Assembly (NCBI GenBank): GCA_016713035.1
Contig: JADJPW010000004.1
Coordinates: 467,578 to 531,577, forward strand
DNA: 64,000 bases
Reading direction: 5' to 3'
Source: Verrucomicrobiaceae bacterium
Lineage (GTDB): Bacteria > Verrucomicrobiota > Verrucomicrobiia > Verrucomicrobiales > Verrucomicrobiaceae
Below are positions 13,785 to 23,992 of the stretch, piece by piece (position 1 is the stretch's first letter; every line of letters begins with the position of its first letter). The position numbers and the translations under genes were made by a program. The notes below the pieces were generated by a model, which was not told where the DNA came from, did not search any database, and saw only the letters and a program-made list of their open reading frames with translations.

Positions 13785-13940
13785 GTGTTTGTCTTTGGGT
13801 TGAGGTTCCGTGGGGGCACCCCGGTCAAGGAGCCCCTGATGTCGCGGAATAGGGTATTAAAGACGAAAAGATGCCCCTTCGGCTATCATTTTTTTCGTGG
13901 GATCGGGGGAATCCGGTCGTTTAATGGGCTCGCATCCCCC

Positions 13941-14534
13941 ATGACCGCTACACCTTTCCGCCGATTTTTCGCCCTCTTTTTCCTCAGCGCAGCGCCGCTG
14001 GCCTGGGCACACCCACTGCCAGAGATCCCTGTGCGGACGGACTTTGATGGGGCTGGCGGCTGTGTGGTGACGGTGGAGATCGATCCGCGTAGTTGTGAGG
14101 CAGACCCGAATACGGCCCCTTCGCTGACGAAGGCGGACTACGATCTCACGCCGGAGCCGCAGCGGGAGGCTTTGAAGAAAAAAGCCAGCGAGTACATTCA
14201 CCGTGTGCTGAAGTGGAGTTTCGAGGGTGCGGGGGCTTTTGCGCCGGAGCTGGCCTTTGCCTTTTCCGCGCCGGATGGGAAGCCGCTGCAATTCCCCGAC
14301 GAGGTGGTGGTACTGCATGGGGTGTGGACTGGCAAAACCCCCGCTGGATCAAAGGGCTACGCCATGTCAGCGACCAAGGAGGGCTCTCTCAGTGTGGTGA
14401 TCCATCACACGGCCAAGGGGATGCCGGTGGAGCGCTTTGCGGTGCTCTTTCCAGGTGAAACGAGCTACACACTGGACATGACGACGTGGCTGCCGCGCAC
14501 GGCGGCCCCTGCTCCGATCACGGCAAAGGAGTAA
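13941..14534 (+). CDS. Secreted hypothetical protein
   Basis: Signal peptide ending in AWA-HP; ATG 13941 chosen within ORF 13572..14534. Confidence 0.7.
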   Translation: MTATPFRRFFALFFLSAAPLAWAHPLPEIPVRTDFDGAGGCVVTVEIDPRSCEADPNTAPSLTKADYDLTPEPQREALKKKASEYIHRVLKWSFEGAGAFAPELAFAFSAPDGKPLQFPDEVVVLHGVWTGKTPAGSKGYAMSATKEGSLSVVIHHTAKGMPVERFAVLFPGETSYTLDMTTWLPRTAAPAPITAKE

Positions 14535-14606
14535 ACCACGAAAGAGTAGGCGAGGGCGGCTCTGGGAGCTGTTTTTTCGACCTATTCGCTCCGATCTGTT
14601 GCGAAG

Positions 14607-15500
14607 ATGTCTTTCCGTCTCGAAATGCTCCAAGTCGCCCGCCTTGCGCCGAAGGTGCTGGGCGAGTCTGCACCGCTGGTGGAGGCGTTTTTGCGCTCTA
14701 GGCTCGCAGTGGATGGTGGGGGCTTCCTCGACCGCGATGAGCGGCCAGATTTATATTACAGCGTGTTCGGCATGGAGGGGCTAAAGGCCCTGCTGGTGCC
14801 AGAGGCGGCGCTGCCGGATCTACGACCGTGGCTCCGTGGCTACGGCAGCGGAGAGGGGCTGGATTTTGTGCATTTGTGCTGCCTGGCACGCTGCTGGGCG
14901 AATATGGGCTCTGGCACGAGTTTGACCCAAAGTGCAAAAGAAGAGCTGGCGGGGCGGATCGAGGCCTACCGCTGCGAGGATGGGGGGTATCACCAGGCTC
15001 CAGGGAGGAAAAAAGGCAGCGCCTACGGCTGTCTGCTGGCCTGGGGTGCGTATCAGGATCTCGGCTCACTGCCGCCTGCTCCATGGCGGCTGGCAGAGTG
15101 CATGGGCGGCCTGCGCACACCGGATGGAGCGTGGTCGAATGAGCCCGGCATCCCTGTGGGCTCCACCACGGCTACGGCAGCGATGGTGGCACTGCATCGT
15201 CATTTGGAAATGACTCCGCCTGCACAGGCAGTGGAGTGGCTAATGGCTCGCTGCCTGCCTGCTGGCGGCTTCCTGGCGATGCCACATGCTCCGCTGCCGG
15301 ATCTGCTGAGCACGGCGGTGGCTCTGCATGCGCTGGATGCGGTGCAGGCAGATTTTTCGCGGCTGAAGGAGCCCTGCCTCGACTTCGTGGACTCGCTGTG
15401 GAGCGCGGCGGGCGGCTTTCATGGGAACTGGACAGACGACACGCTCGACTGCGAGTACACCTACTATGGGCTGCTGGCACTCGGGCACCTGGGGCTATGA
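14607..15500 (+). CDS. Prenyltransferase/squalene oxidase repeat protein
   Basis: Repeats of the type DGGYH, DGAWS, AGGFL, GGFHGN..D...DCEYTYYGL. Confidence 0.8.
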   Translation: MSFRLEMLQVARLAPKVLGESAPLVEAFLRSRLAVDGGGFLDRDERPDLYYSVFGMEGLKALLVPEAALPDLRPWLRGYGSGEGLDFVHLCCLARCWANMGSGTSLTQSAKEELAGRIEAYRCEDGGYHQAPGRKKGSAYGCLLAWGAYQDLGSLPPAPWRLAECMGGLRTPDGAWSNEPGIPVGSTTATAAMVALHRHLEMTPPAQAVEWLMARCLPAGGFLAMPHAPLPDLLSTAVALHALDAVQADFSRLKEPCLDFVDSLWSAAGGFHGNWTDDTLDCEYTYYGLLALGHLGL

Positions 15501-15899
15501 TCGGCCCCGCGTCCGCCACAGCATCATAGCGAGAGTCAGTGCCGCGCCGCAGGAGTCAGCGATGAGGTCGTGCATCGTCTCCCGCACATCCTGCTGGATG
15601 CGTGTGCCACGGAAGACATCCGAGGCCAGCTCCGCGAATTCCCAAAACACCCCGATGGTCAGCGCCAAGGCGAAGACGAAAAGCACCCGCCCCACACGCG
15701 TCAGCGTCCCGATCCAGGGCTGAAAGGACTCCACCCCATGCCAGCATAGATACGCTGCGGCCAGCCCACCGGAAAAATGCATCCAAAAATCCAAATCACG
15801 CCGCCAGGGCGTGCGCAGCACGATTTGATGCACCACCAGCACGAGTGCGGGAGCCCACGCGGCGCGGCGAATGAGCTCGAAAAGCGCGGACTTCATCAC
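15495..15899 (-). CDS. Small membrane protein (VanZ/DUF2238-like)
   Basis: Hydrophobic helices; MHFSGG, GVFWEFAE and DLIAD.CGA motifs. Confidence 0.6.
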   Translation of the reverse strand: MMKSALFELIRRAAWAPALVLVVHQIVLRTPWRRDLDFWMHFSGGLAAAYLCWHGVESFQPWIGTLTRVGRVLFVFALALTIGVFWEFAELASDVFRGTRIQQDVRETMHDLIADSCGAALTLAMMLWRTRGRS

Positions 15900-16435
15900 C
15901 AGTTCACTTTGACGGATTGCTCGCGACCATTGCGATCATGGTACTTCACATGGCCGTGCTTCACTCCGTATTCATGGACGCATTTGGTCACCTTCACATC
16001 GTAGCAGCAGTATTCGGCGATGAGGTCCATCTTGCCCTGCTGCCACCAGCGAATGGCATCGAGCCCGTCCGCCGTCTTTCCCATGCCGAGGGATGCTGCG
16101 GCCACGGCCTCCAGCTTCAGCCGGTGGCCGAGGGCTTTTTCGAGGTCGATGAGCAAATCGAGGCTGTTGAGCTGATCGCGGAAATCAAAAAGGCACTGAC
16201 CCAGCAGCACCTCATAATCGAAACCCACATGATTAAAGCCCACCACCAGATCCGCGCGGCGTAGTTGCTCCACGAGATCTGCGGACTCATCCTGCGTGTA
16301 AATGCGGTATTCCTCTGCCTGCGTGCTGTAGGTGCAGGCGACGGAGATGCCCATCTTGTGCTTATTACCCCAGCCACCCACGTCACCAGCGGTCAGGCGT
16401 GTTTCCAAGTCAAAATAGACGATGTCACCTGCCAT
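15896..16435 (-). CDS. RNase H-like domain protein (YprB/RNase_H_2 type)
   Basis: YFDLET, VVGFNHVGFD and YCCYDV acidic motifs of DEDD/RNase H-like folds. Confidence 0.8.
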   Translation of the reverse strand: MAGDIVYFDLETRLTAGDVGGWGNKHKMGISVACTYSTQAEEYRIYTQDESADLVEQLRRADLVVGFNHVGFDYEVLLGQCLFDFRDQLNSLDLLIDLEKALGHRLKLEAVAAASLGMGKTADGLDAIRWWQQGKMDLIAEYCCYDVKVTKCVHEYGVKHGHVKYHDRNGREQSVKVNW

Positions 16436-16477
16436 CGGGGCTGCGGAGGGAGAGAGGTGGGAGAATGCGGCACCCGA

Positions 16478-17050
16478 TTAGCCGATGCGGTACACGATGC
16501 GTGCTTTGTTCACGTCGTAGGGGGACATTTCCAGTTTCACCGCGTCACCGATGACTAGACGGATGAATTTCTTCCGCATCTTACCAGAGATGTGGGCGAG
16601 CACTTCATGCCCAGTGCGCAGCTTCACACGGAACATCGTCCCGGCGAGTACGGAGGACACCACGCCTTCGAGTTCGATGGCTTCTTCCTTTTGCTTGATC
16701 TCTGGCTCTGGCTCAGGCCGGCGCTGTGAGCCACCGCCGCCGCCACGGTTCTGACCGCCACCACGATGGGGTGTATTGCCGATACCGCCACTGCGCTGCA
16801 TCGGGCTACCACCACGGGCACCCGGTGCACCGATGCCAGGACCAGCCGCTCCGCTACCTGTGCCACCGACGATGCCACGAGGCGGGCCACTGCTACTCAC
16901 GATGCCGCGTGGGGGGCCACTGCCACCGACGATACCGCGAGGCGGGCCGCTGCTGCCAACAATGCCGCGGGGAGGGCCGCTGCTACGATGCGGCGGGCCG
17001 CTACGGGAGGATTGGTTCGATGGGCCGCGATTCGGGGGTCGGTTCTGCAT
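16478..17050 (-). CDS. infA: Translation initiation factor IF-1 with a long Gly/Pro/Arg/Ser-rich N-terminal extension
   Basis: C-terminal [68 protein letters not shown] is canonical IF-1. The nearest upstream ATGs are at about 16800 and 17050. Confidence 0.9.
   Translation of the reverse strand: MQNRPPNRGPSNQSSRSGPPHRSSGPPRGIVGSSGPPRGIVGGSGPPRGIVSSSGPPRGIVGGTGSGAAGPGIGAPGARGGSPMQRSGGIGNTPHRGGGQNRGGGGGSQRRPEPEPEIKQKEEAIELEGVVSSVLAGTMFRVKLRTGHEVLAHISGKMRKKFIRLVIGDAVKLEMSPYDVNKARIVYRIG
16861..17003. repeat. 30-bp tandem repeat (4 copies plus a partial) in infA
   Basis: Units start at 16861, 16891, 16921 and 16951 and encode (S/G)SGPPRGIV(G/S). Confidence 0.9.
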
Positions 17051-17221
17051 GGATGGATACTTAAAAGAGACGATGTTCCGGGCAGGATGTACGCGTAGGC
17101 GTGGATGACAAGGCGGAAAATCACCAAAGCCCAGCCCCAGCAGCAGCCCCTGGAGAGTCAGGATACACGCCCGGACACTTCTTCCTTGCATGGCAGCGAG
17201 TTTTCCGGCATGCGGCGCGGC

Positions 17222-18169
17222 ATGAACCTGCGCCTGCCCTTTCTGCCTCTGCTTTTGATCCTACCACTCCTCAGCCAGTGCGGTGATGATGCCAAGAATA
17301 CGGCGCCATCCCCTGCCCCAGCAGCTCCAGTGGCCACCGCAGCACCTCAGCCAACTCCAGAGGCCCCAAAAACACCCCCAACGGCTGAAGCAGCCGTGAA
17401 TGTCCACTGGACGCCGGAGAAGATGCACATCGAGGTGAAGCACCACAATCCTGCCTACGAGGGCAATGGCGAATTCAACATCCAGGAGGGCAAAGTCATC
17501 GCCCTGAGCCTGCGCGGAGCGAAAATCGACAATGTGAAATTCCTCCAGCACATCGAGCCCCTCGCCCTAGACCTCAGCGAGACGCCCGTGAGCGATCTGC
17601 GCCCACTCCAGGGCAAAAAACTCGTCGAGCTCTACCTCGAAGACACCAAGGCCCAGGATCTCTCCCCACTGCGTGGCATGCCGCTGGAAAAGCTCTACCT
17701 CAGCCGCACCCCCGTGCGTGATCTCAGTGCCCTGGAAGGCATGCCACTCATCGAACTGAACGCCGTCGAGTCCCAGATCGCCGACATCAGCGGCATCGCA
17801 AAATGCCCCATCCAGATGCTCTGGCTCACCGGCTGCCCGGTGGAAAACATCTCTGCACTCAAAACCGTCCCCCTCGTCAGCCTCACCCTGCATCGCACAA
17901 AGGTGAAGGATCTCACCCCACTCAGCGGCACCGCACTCCAGCGCCTACACATCGCCGAGACGCCCGTGACAGATCTGTCGCCGCTGAATGGTATGCAGCT
18001 CACCCGCTTGGTCTTCACCCCACAAAACATCACCGCCGGCATCGACGTGGCAAAAAGCCTCTCACTCCAGGAGATCGGCACCCGTTTTGACGACCAGGGG
18101 AAAGACCTCCAGCCCCCCGCAGCCTTTTGGCCCGCTTACGACGCGGCTGTGAAGAGCGGTGTAAAATGA
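17222..18169 (+). CDS. Leucine-rich-repeat lipoprotein
   Basis: Lipobox LLSQC, Pro/Ala linker, about 22-aa repeats L.L..T.V.DLSPL.G; start inferred. Confidence 0.85.
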   Translation: MNLRLPFLPLLLILPLLSQCGDDAKNTAPSPAPAAPVATAAPQPTPEAPKTPPTAEAAVNVHWTPEKMHIEVKHHNPAYEGNGEFNIQEGKVIALSLRGAKIDNVKFLQHIEPLALDLSETPVSDLRPLQGKKLVELYLEDTKAQDLSPLRGMPLEKLYLSRTPVRDLSALEGMPLIELNAVESQIADISGIAKCPIQMLWLTGCPVENISALKTVPLVSLTLHRTKVKDLTPLSGTALQRLHIAETPVTDLSPLNGMQLTRLVFTPQNITAGIDVAKSLSLQEIGTRFDDQGKDLQPPAAFWPAYDAAVKSGVK

Positions 18170-18225
18170 GCAAAACTTTTCCTTGTCGGCAGCATCACGT
18201 TCCTGACAGAATCAGCGCACTCCCG

Positions 18226-18822
18226 ATGAAAGAATTCGCCTACATCCATGACGAGCGCCAGGGCTCACCCCTCACCACGGTGCCCGCACTCAGCAGCTTC
18301 AATGAGGAGCAGCTCGACGAGGTTTTGAACTCCAGCAGCCTCCTCCAGTGCGAGCCCGGTGACACCATCATCAAAGAGGGCAGCATCGACTCCCGCATCT
18401 ACGTCCTGCTCAGTGGTGAGCTGGAGGTCCACGTCGGCGGGAAAAAGGTCGCCGCCATCGCCCGCCCAGGTGAGGTCTTTGGTGAGCTAGCCCTCGTCAA
18501 TCAGGACCGGCGTCTCGCCTCCGTCCTCGCCAGCACCAAGGCCGTCTGCCTCGCCGTCGATCAAAAATTCCTCCAGGACATCCATCCGCGTGAGGAAGAC
18601 CCAGACTTCCACGCCTCACTCTACGAATTCGTCGCCCGTCTCGTCGTGCGGAAGCTGGAGGCCACCTCACGCCGCCTCGCCACGGTCGAGAAAGAACTGC
18701 GCGAGCTCCGTGAGGCCAACACACGCAGCGCGAAGGCGGTGAAAACTGTCAAAGCCGTCAAACTCGCCCGTCCGCCGAAAAAGCGCATCATCGCCAGCCG
18801 CAAAGCCGTGCGCAGTCGCTGA
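18226..18822 (+). CDS. Cyclic-nucleotide-binding domain protein with coiled-coil and basic tail
   Basis: PGDTIIKEG, GEVFGELAL and RRLASVLA phosphate-binding cassette; no clear HTH. Confidence 0.85.
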   Translation: MKEFAYIHDERQGSPLTTVPALSSFNEEQLDEVLNSSSLLQCEPGDTIIKEGSIDSRIYVLLSGELEVHVGGKKVAAIARPGEVFGELALVNQDRRLASVLASTKAVCLAVDQKFLQDIHPREEDPDFHASLYEFVARLVVRKLEATSRRLATVEKELRELREANTRSAKAVKTVKAVKLARPPKKRIIASRKAVRSR

Positions 18823-19882
18823 GAGCTGCTGCGCTCGCCTCAAAGACACCCTTCTCCGTGATCAGCGCCGTCACCAGCCGTGCCGGAGTCACATCAAAGG
18901 CATGATTCGCCACCGCGCTGCCTGCCGGAGTCACGCGGATGCTCTGGAGCTGCCCGCTCGCATCCGGCCCCTCCATCCACGCCACCTCATCGCCACTGCG
19001 CTGCTCGATCGGGATACCCTTCACACCATCCTCCATCTCCCAATCGAAAGTCGAGGACGGCAGCGCCACATAAAACGGCACCCCATTGTCCCGCGCCGCC
19101 AGCGCCTTCAGATACGTGCCGATTTTATTCGCCACATCGCCGCAGCGCGTCACGCGGTCTGCCCCCGTGATCACCACATCCACCATGCCATGCTGCATGA
19201 GATGCCCACCCGCATTATCCGGGATGACCGTGTGCGGCACCCCGTGCTGCGCCAGCTCCCAGGCCGTGAGCTTGGCACCTTGATTGCGCGGACGCGTCTC
19301 ATCCACCCACACATGCACCTTCAGGCCTGCATCATGCGCTGCATAGATCGGAGCCGTCGCACTCCCGTAGTCCACAAAGGCCAACCATCCTGCGTTGCAA
19401 TGCGTCAGCACATTCACCACGCCATCCGGCTTGCCCGCCGCGATCCGGCGCAGGATTTCCAGCCCATGCACCCCGATCTGCGCACACGCCGCCGCATCCT
19501 CATCCGCGATCATCTCCGCCTCACGCCGCGCCGCAGCCTTCCACTCAGTCTGCGGCAAATTCTTCAGCACCCGCAGCACTCGCTGCACCGCCCAGGCTAG
19601 ATTCACCGCCGTAGGCCGCGTGGAAATCATCATCTGTGCCATCTCGGCCAACTGCGCCTCACTCCGCGCCTCCATAGCGGCCAAAGCCATGCCATAACCC
19701 GCCGTCGCCCCGATGCAGCCCGCACCGCGCACCGCCATGTCACGGATCGCCTCCGCCACCGCCGCAGCGCTCGTCAGATCCGCCGTCTCAAATGCCCACG
19801 GCAGCCGCCGCTGCTCAATGATCCGTACCACGCCATCCTGTGGCATCCAGACAGTGCGATAAGGTTGTTGATTTACGTTCAT
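18788..19882 (-). CDS. mtnA: S-methyl-5-thioribose-1-phosphate isomerase
   Basis: MAVRGAG, RPTAVNL, LTHCNAG, ETRPRNQGAKLTAWEL, ANKIGTY and AFDVTP. Confidence 0.95.
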   Translation of the reverse strand: MNVNQQPYRTVWMPQDGVVRIIEQRRLPWAFETADLTSAAAVAEAIRDMAVRGAGCIGATAGYGMALAAMEARSEAQLAEMAQMMISTRPTAVNLAWAVQRVLRVLKNLPQTEWKAAARREAEMIADEDAAACAQIGVHGLEILRRIAAGKPDGVVNVLTHCNAGWLAFVDYGSATAPIYAAHDAGLKVHVWVDETRPRNQGAKLTAWELAQHGVPHTVIPDNAGGHLMQHGMVDVVITGADRVTRCGDVANKIGTYLKALAARDNGVPFYVALPSSTFDWEMEDGVKGIPIEQRSGDEVAWMEGPDASGQLQSIRVTPAGSAVANHAFDVTPARLVTALITEKGVFEASAAALSDCARLCGWR

Positions 19883-22326
19883 ACGAGTTCTGCCATGGTC
19901 CCGCGAGTAACACCTAGCTGGCTTTGCGCTTTCAGGTCACGCCAGATCGCCTCCGCATCGCGCTTGCCGGCGAGGAGCTCTTGGTAGGTCTTCAAAACGC
20001 GTGCAGACTCCGCGCCGTCCTCCTCCAGCAGCTCCACGCGGAAGGCACCCAGTCCTGCCTGACGCAGCGCGGTGAAGTACTGCGCTCCTGTTTGCGCCAC
20101 AGCATTGAAAAGCGTGTTCCGGCAGCCCACATCGGCCTTCAGCGGATGCTCCATGCCCACGCGATCACGCAGATGCACGCGGTGCCGGTCACAGGGACGC
20201 CCACAGTTGGTAAAATTCGTCCCCTCACTCAAAAACGCCGCAAAGGCGCAGTGCTCCATGTGAAACATCGGCATGTGCTGATGCAGTGTGAGCTCGAACC
20301 ACGCCGGTGGTGCTCCACCCAGCAGGTCGAGCACTTGCTCGATATTCAGATCGTAACTGATCGTCAGCCGCTCCAGGCCCGTCTTCTTCAAGATTTCTGC
20401 CGTGAGCGGATTGGCTACGTTCAGCGAAAAATCGCCCGTGATCGGCAAACCGGCCTCTTTGAAGTGTGAAATGGCTCCCAGATTCCGAATCAGCACGCCA
20501 TGCGACTTCGCACGTTCGATCAGCTTAAAAAAGCCCGCTTCGCCGGATTTTTGGATGCGCGGCGTCGCCAGCCAAATTTCCGATTTGGAGCCCGAATCAC
20601 GGATTTCCGCCACCACGTCGCCATAGCGCCGAATATCCTCAAAATCGAGGTACAGCCGGGAAATGCCGCATTCGAGTGCCGCGCTGATTTGCTCCTTCGT
20701 GCGGCAAAGAACGAACAATTCCTGTTTGGGGGCTCCAGGTGCCTCTTGGGGGGCTTTTGCAGCGGCCAGCATGCCTTCCAGCGTGCTCGTAGCCCGCTTT
20801 GGCGCAGGTAGCTGCGCAGGCTGCATGTCGCATGCGGCGACCAAATCTCTCCGCATCCGATTGAGTTCACTCACGGGCACCATCACCTCGCCCTCGACCT
20901 GGAAATCGACTTGGCCGAGCTCATAGGCCGTGCCGCCGAGGCGGCTGAACTGATCAATGAAGGCCGCAGGCGTGAGTGGCCGTTTCAGCGCGGCTTGCAG
21001 CGGCATGGAGGAGCTGACCAGTGCCGCGCCGCAACTGACGCGTAGCGGTTCACCCGCCATGCCGGTGACCATGAGATCGAGCCGGTGCAGCTTTCGCTGT
21101 GGGATGTCTTTTTCAAACGACTGACGCAGGGCGCGGTTCAGCGCTGGATCACTCGTTTTAAAGACCCGCGTGCCGGTGGGGATGTCCTGCATGCGCAAGT
21201 GCCCGTGGCGGAAGCTCATGCGAGTGCCGCGTAGCTCATAAATGCTGCCCCCTTGCTCCGCGTTCGTGTCATCCAGGTTTTCAAAGACCACGCCATCACC
21301 GGGCTTCATGTCCAGCCGCAGCTCATTCAGTTCCAGCGTATCCGCACCGAGGATGCGAGTGACGGCGCCGACGTAGGGGCCGCGTTTTTTGCCATAATAA
21401 GCACCCACGAGCTGCTGGTGATCCACACCATGCATCCAGCCAGTGAAGAGGCCGCGTGAAAAGGTCATCTCCAGTGCATAGCGGTCATCCTCCGTCGCAG
21501 GAGCTGGCTTCCCCGCCAGCGCACGATCCATCGCCGCACGATAGACCTGCGTGACCGCCGCCACGTATTCCGGCGTCTTCAGCCGACCTTCGATTTTAAA
21601 GCTGCGGATGCCTAGCTCGATGAGGCGCGGGATTTCATCCACCGCTGCGAGATCCTGTGGGGAGAGAAGGTAGCGCTTGTCCCCGAGATCACGCGCCACG
21701 CCATCGACGAGCATTTCATACGGCATGCGGCAGGCCTGGGCACACTCGCCACGGTTCGCGCTGCGCCTTCCTAGCGACTCACTCGTCAGGCACTGGCCGG
21801 AATACGCCACACACAGCGCACCATGCACAAAGACCTCCAGCGGCACGGGCGAGTCCTTGAAGCGCTCCAGCTCCCGCAGTGACAGCTCACGTGCCAGCAC
21901 GGCCTGATCAATGTCGAGCTGCTGGGCGAACTCTAGCCCCTCCGGCGATGTGATGGTCATCTGCGTGCTCGCATGCAGTCGCAGACCCGGCGTGAGAGCC
22001 TTCACCATGCGTGCGAGGCCCAGATCCTGCACGATCACGGCATCCACGCCGGAGCTTTCCAGCAGGCGCAATTGCGCCGCGGCATCTGGCAGCTCGGCGG
22101 TGAAAATGAGCGTATTGAAGGCCACGTAGCCCTTCACCCCATGCTCGTGGAGAAACTTCATCAGCTCTGGCAAATCCTCCGCGGTGAAGTTATCCGCCCG
22201 CAGCCGTGCATTGAATCGCGGCATGCCGAAGTAGATCGCGTCCGCGCCATTGGCCACAGCGGCACGCGCACACTCCCAGTTGCCAGCAGGAGAGAGGAGT
22301 TCGGGTTTGGAAGCAGGAGAAGGCAT
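19879..22326 (-). CDS. U32 family 'peptidase' with DUF3656 domain (RlhA-like RNA hydroxylation protein)
   Basis: PELLSPAG, EVFVHGALCVAYSGQC, SANRGECAQACR Fe-S cysteines and FKIEGR. Confidence 0.9.
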   Translation of the reverse strand: MPSPASKPELLSPAGNWECARAAVANGADAIYFGMPRFNARLRADNFTAEDLPELMKFLHEHGVKGYVAFNTLIFTAELPDAAAQLRLLESSGVDAVIVQDLGLARMVKALTPGLRLHASTQMTITSPEGLEFAQQLDIDQAVLARELSLRELERFKDSPVPLEVFVHGALCVAYSGQCLTSESLGRRSANRGECAQACRMPYEMLVDGVARDLGDKRYLLSPQDLAAVDEIPRLIELGIRSFKIEGRLKTPEYVAAVTQVYRAAMDRALAGKPAPATEDDRYALEMTFSRGLFTGWMHGVDHQQLVGAYYGKKRGPYVGAVTRILGADTLELNELRLDMKPGDGVVFENLDDTNAEQGGSIYELRGTRMSFRHGHLRMQDIPTGTRVFKTSDPALNRALRQSFEKDIPQRKLHRLDLMVTGMAGEPLRVSCGAALVSSSMPLQAALKRPLTPAAFIDQFSRLGGTAYELGQVDFQVEGEVMVPVSELNRMRRDLVAACDMQPAQLPAPKRATSTLEGMLAAAKAPQEAPGAPKQELFVLCRTKEQISAALECGISRLYLDFEDIRRYGDVVAEIRDSGSKSEIWLATPRIQKSGEAGFFKLIERAKSHGVLIRNLGAISHFKEAGLPITGDFSLNVANPLTAEILKKTGLERLTISYDLNIEQVLDLLGGAPPAWFELTLHQHMPMFHMEHCAFAAFLSEGTNFTNCGRPCDRHRVHLRDRVGMEHPLKADVGCRNTLFNAVAQTGAQYFTALRQAGLGAFRVELLEEDGAESARVLKTYQELLAGKRDAEAIWRDLKAQSQLGVTRGTMAELV

Positions 22327-22375
22327 GAAAAGACACCGTCATTCGTGCTGCATGCTCCATTCGTCATTCAGAAAA

Positions 22376-23218
22376 TCATCCTTTCCCATCCTGCATCGCC
22401 GCCTGAGCGATAGCTCCGAACTCCCGCAGGCTCCAAGCCGACTTGGTCAGCCCCCAGGCCGTATCTGAACGGCTGGAGACATCGAGCTCCGCCGTGATGA
22501 AGTCCTCCGCATGGCGGCGGCTCTGGACAATGATTTCTCCACTCGGGTCCATGACGTAGCTATCGCCGTAACCGACGCCTTCGCTTTTGATGATGCCGCT
22601 TTTGGCCGGATCGAGCACCACATTGTTCGCACGGACGAAATAGACGCTGTTTTCGACGGCGCGGGCGGCGTGATCTGCACGGACTTTCATGAAATGCCGG
22701 ATCAGGCCCGTGGCGGAGATGTAATTGAAGTGTGGGGCGATGATGGCACGGGCTCCTTTGAGCGCGAGGATGCGTGCAGGCTCGATGTAGCCGCCATCTG
22801 CGCAGATGAGCACGCCGAACTTCAAACCCGCGATCTCGAACACCGGAAACTCACGTCCCTGGCGGTGAAATCGCTGATAGGCCGCACATTTGCTGTACTG
22901 GCCGAGCAACTGGCCGTGATGGGCGACCAGCGCCGTGTTGTAGAGATCTGCACCACGCGATTCATTGAATCCGACGATGGCCGCTGCGGCATAGCGAGCG
23001 GTGATTTCCAAGACGCGGCGGATGGGTGGTGAATCGACGGCAAAGGCACCCTTGCGGGCCAATTCCTCCGTATCAGGATACCCGGTGAGAAAACACTCGG
23101 GGAAGGAAACGAGTGCCGCACCGGCCTCATCGGCCTTTTTGAGGCCTTCTTCGAAGCGGCCGAGGTTGTGCTCGAAGTCACCCACCCACGACTCATACTG
23201 ACAATGCGCGATTTTCAT
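22376..23218 (-). CDS. Carbon-nitrogen hydrolase (nitrilase superfamily)
   Basis: FPECFLTGY (Glu), YSKC (Lys) and LICAD (Cys) triad; start inferred at MKIAHCQ. Confidence 0.88.
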   Translation of the reverse strand: MKIAHCQYESWVGDFEHNLGRFEEGLKKADEAGAALVSFPECFLTGYPDTEELARKGAFAVDSPPIRRVLEITARYAAAAIVGFNESRGADLYNTALVAHHGQLLGQYSKCAAYQRFHRQGREFPVFEIAGLKFGVLICADGGYIEPARILALKGARAIIAPHFNYISATGLIRHFMKVRADHAARAVENSVYFVRANNVVLDPAKSGIIKSEGVGYGDSYVMDPSGEIIVQSRRHAEDFITAELDVSSRSDTAWGLTKSAWSLREFGAIAQAAMQDGKG

Positions 23219-23324
23219 GACGAGGATGCCAAACGTGACAGCGAGCACGGATTTGCCAAACTTCGCGCTTGGCGTGTGAAGGGCGGTTTGATAGCCTGGA
23301 GCAGCTTTTTCACCTCTCCCGCTC

Positions 23325-23978
23325 ATGAACAACCAGCTCTTGATCCGAATTTGCATCGTCGTGCTCGTCCTCATCGGAGGCTACCTCGCCTATCAGAAAG
23401 TCATGGCGGCCAGTGATGGGATGAAGCTGGTCTATTTCATCGCACTGGGTGGCGTGGGTGGTGTGCTGGCGGTGAAATACCTGCTGCCGTGGATCGGGGA
23501 TGCGATGGGGCAGGCCGTTTTCTCCAGTGGGGAGGAGACAGAGCAGGATGACATGATGAAGGCGGCCGCCAGCATTTCGCAGGGCAACTATGAAGCCGCG
23601 ATCGGCTTCTACAAAAAGATGATGGAGGAGAAGCCAGAGGACCCCTTCCCTGTCGCAGAAATTGCCAAGGTGTATGCGGAGCGGCTGCATGAGCCGCAGA
23701 TGGCACTCAATGAGCTCAGGCAGCATCTCCAGAGCCGCGAGTGGCCGGTGGATGATGCGGCTTTCATCATGTTCCGCATCGCGGAGGTGAATATGACGCA
23801 TCTGCATGATTACGCTGAGGCGCGTGAAATTCTGGAGCAAGTGATCGGCAACTTCCCCGGCACACGGCATAGCGCGAACGCCTACCACAAGATCAGCGAA
23901 ATCGAGCAGCTCGAGTTCAAGCACATCCAGGAGCAGAAAAACAAGGCGGCTCTAGCTAGCGCCGCATCGCAGAGCTGA
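23325..23978 (+). CDS. Membrane-anchored tetratricopeptide repeat protein
   Basis: Two N-terminal TM segments followed by TPR-like helices. Confidence 0.75.
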   Translation: MNNQLLIRICIVVLVLIGGYLAYQKVMAASDGMKLVYFIALGGVGGVLAVKYLLPWIGDAMGQAVFSSGEETEQDDMMKAAASISQGNYEAAIGFYKKMMEEKPEDPFPVAEIAKVYAERLHEPQMALNELRQHLQSREWPVDDAAFIMFRIAEVNMTHLHDYAEAREILEQVIGNFPGTRHSANAYHKISEIEQLEFKHIQEQKNKAALASAASQS

Positions 23979-23992
23979 GCAAAACCCTCACT

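Noticed and set aside
16861-17003. CRISPR array
   Set aside because: Units are contiguous with no spacers and are a multiple of 3 inside a coding frame.
18200-18215. Fifth copy of the regulatory box (cctgacagaat) before the cNMP-binding gene
   Set aside because: Only one half-site, the wrong distance to the ATG (about 20 bp) and no phased partner.
19879-22326. Collagenase/protease
   Set aside because: U32 proteins with these Fe-S cysteines and DUF3656 are established as RNA or ubiquinone hydroxylation factors (RlhA/TrhP/UbiU types), so a protease call is unsupported.
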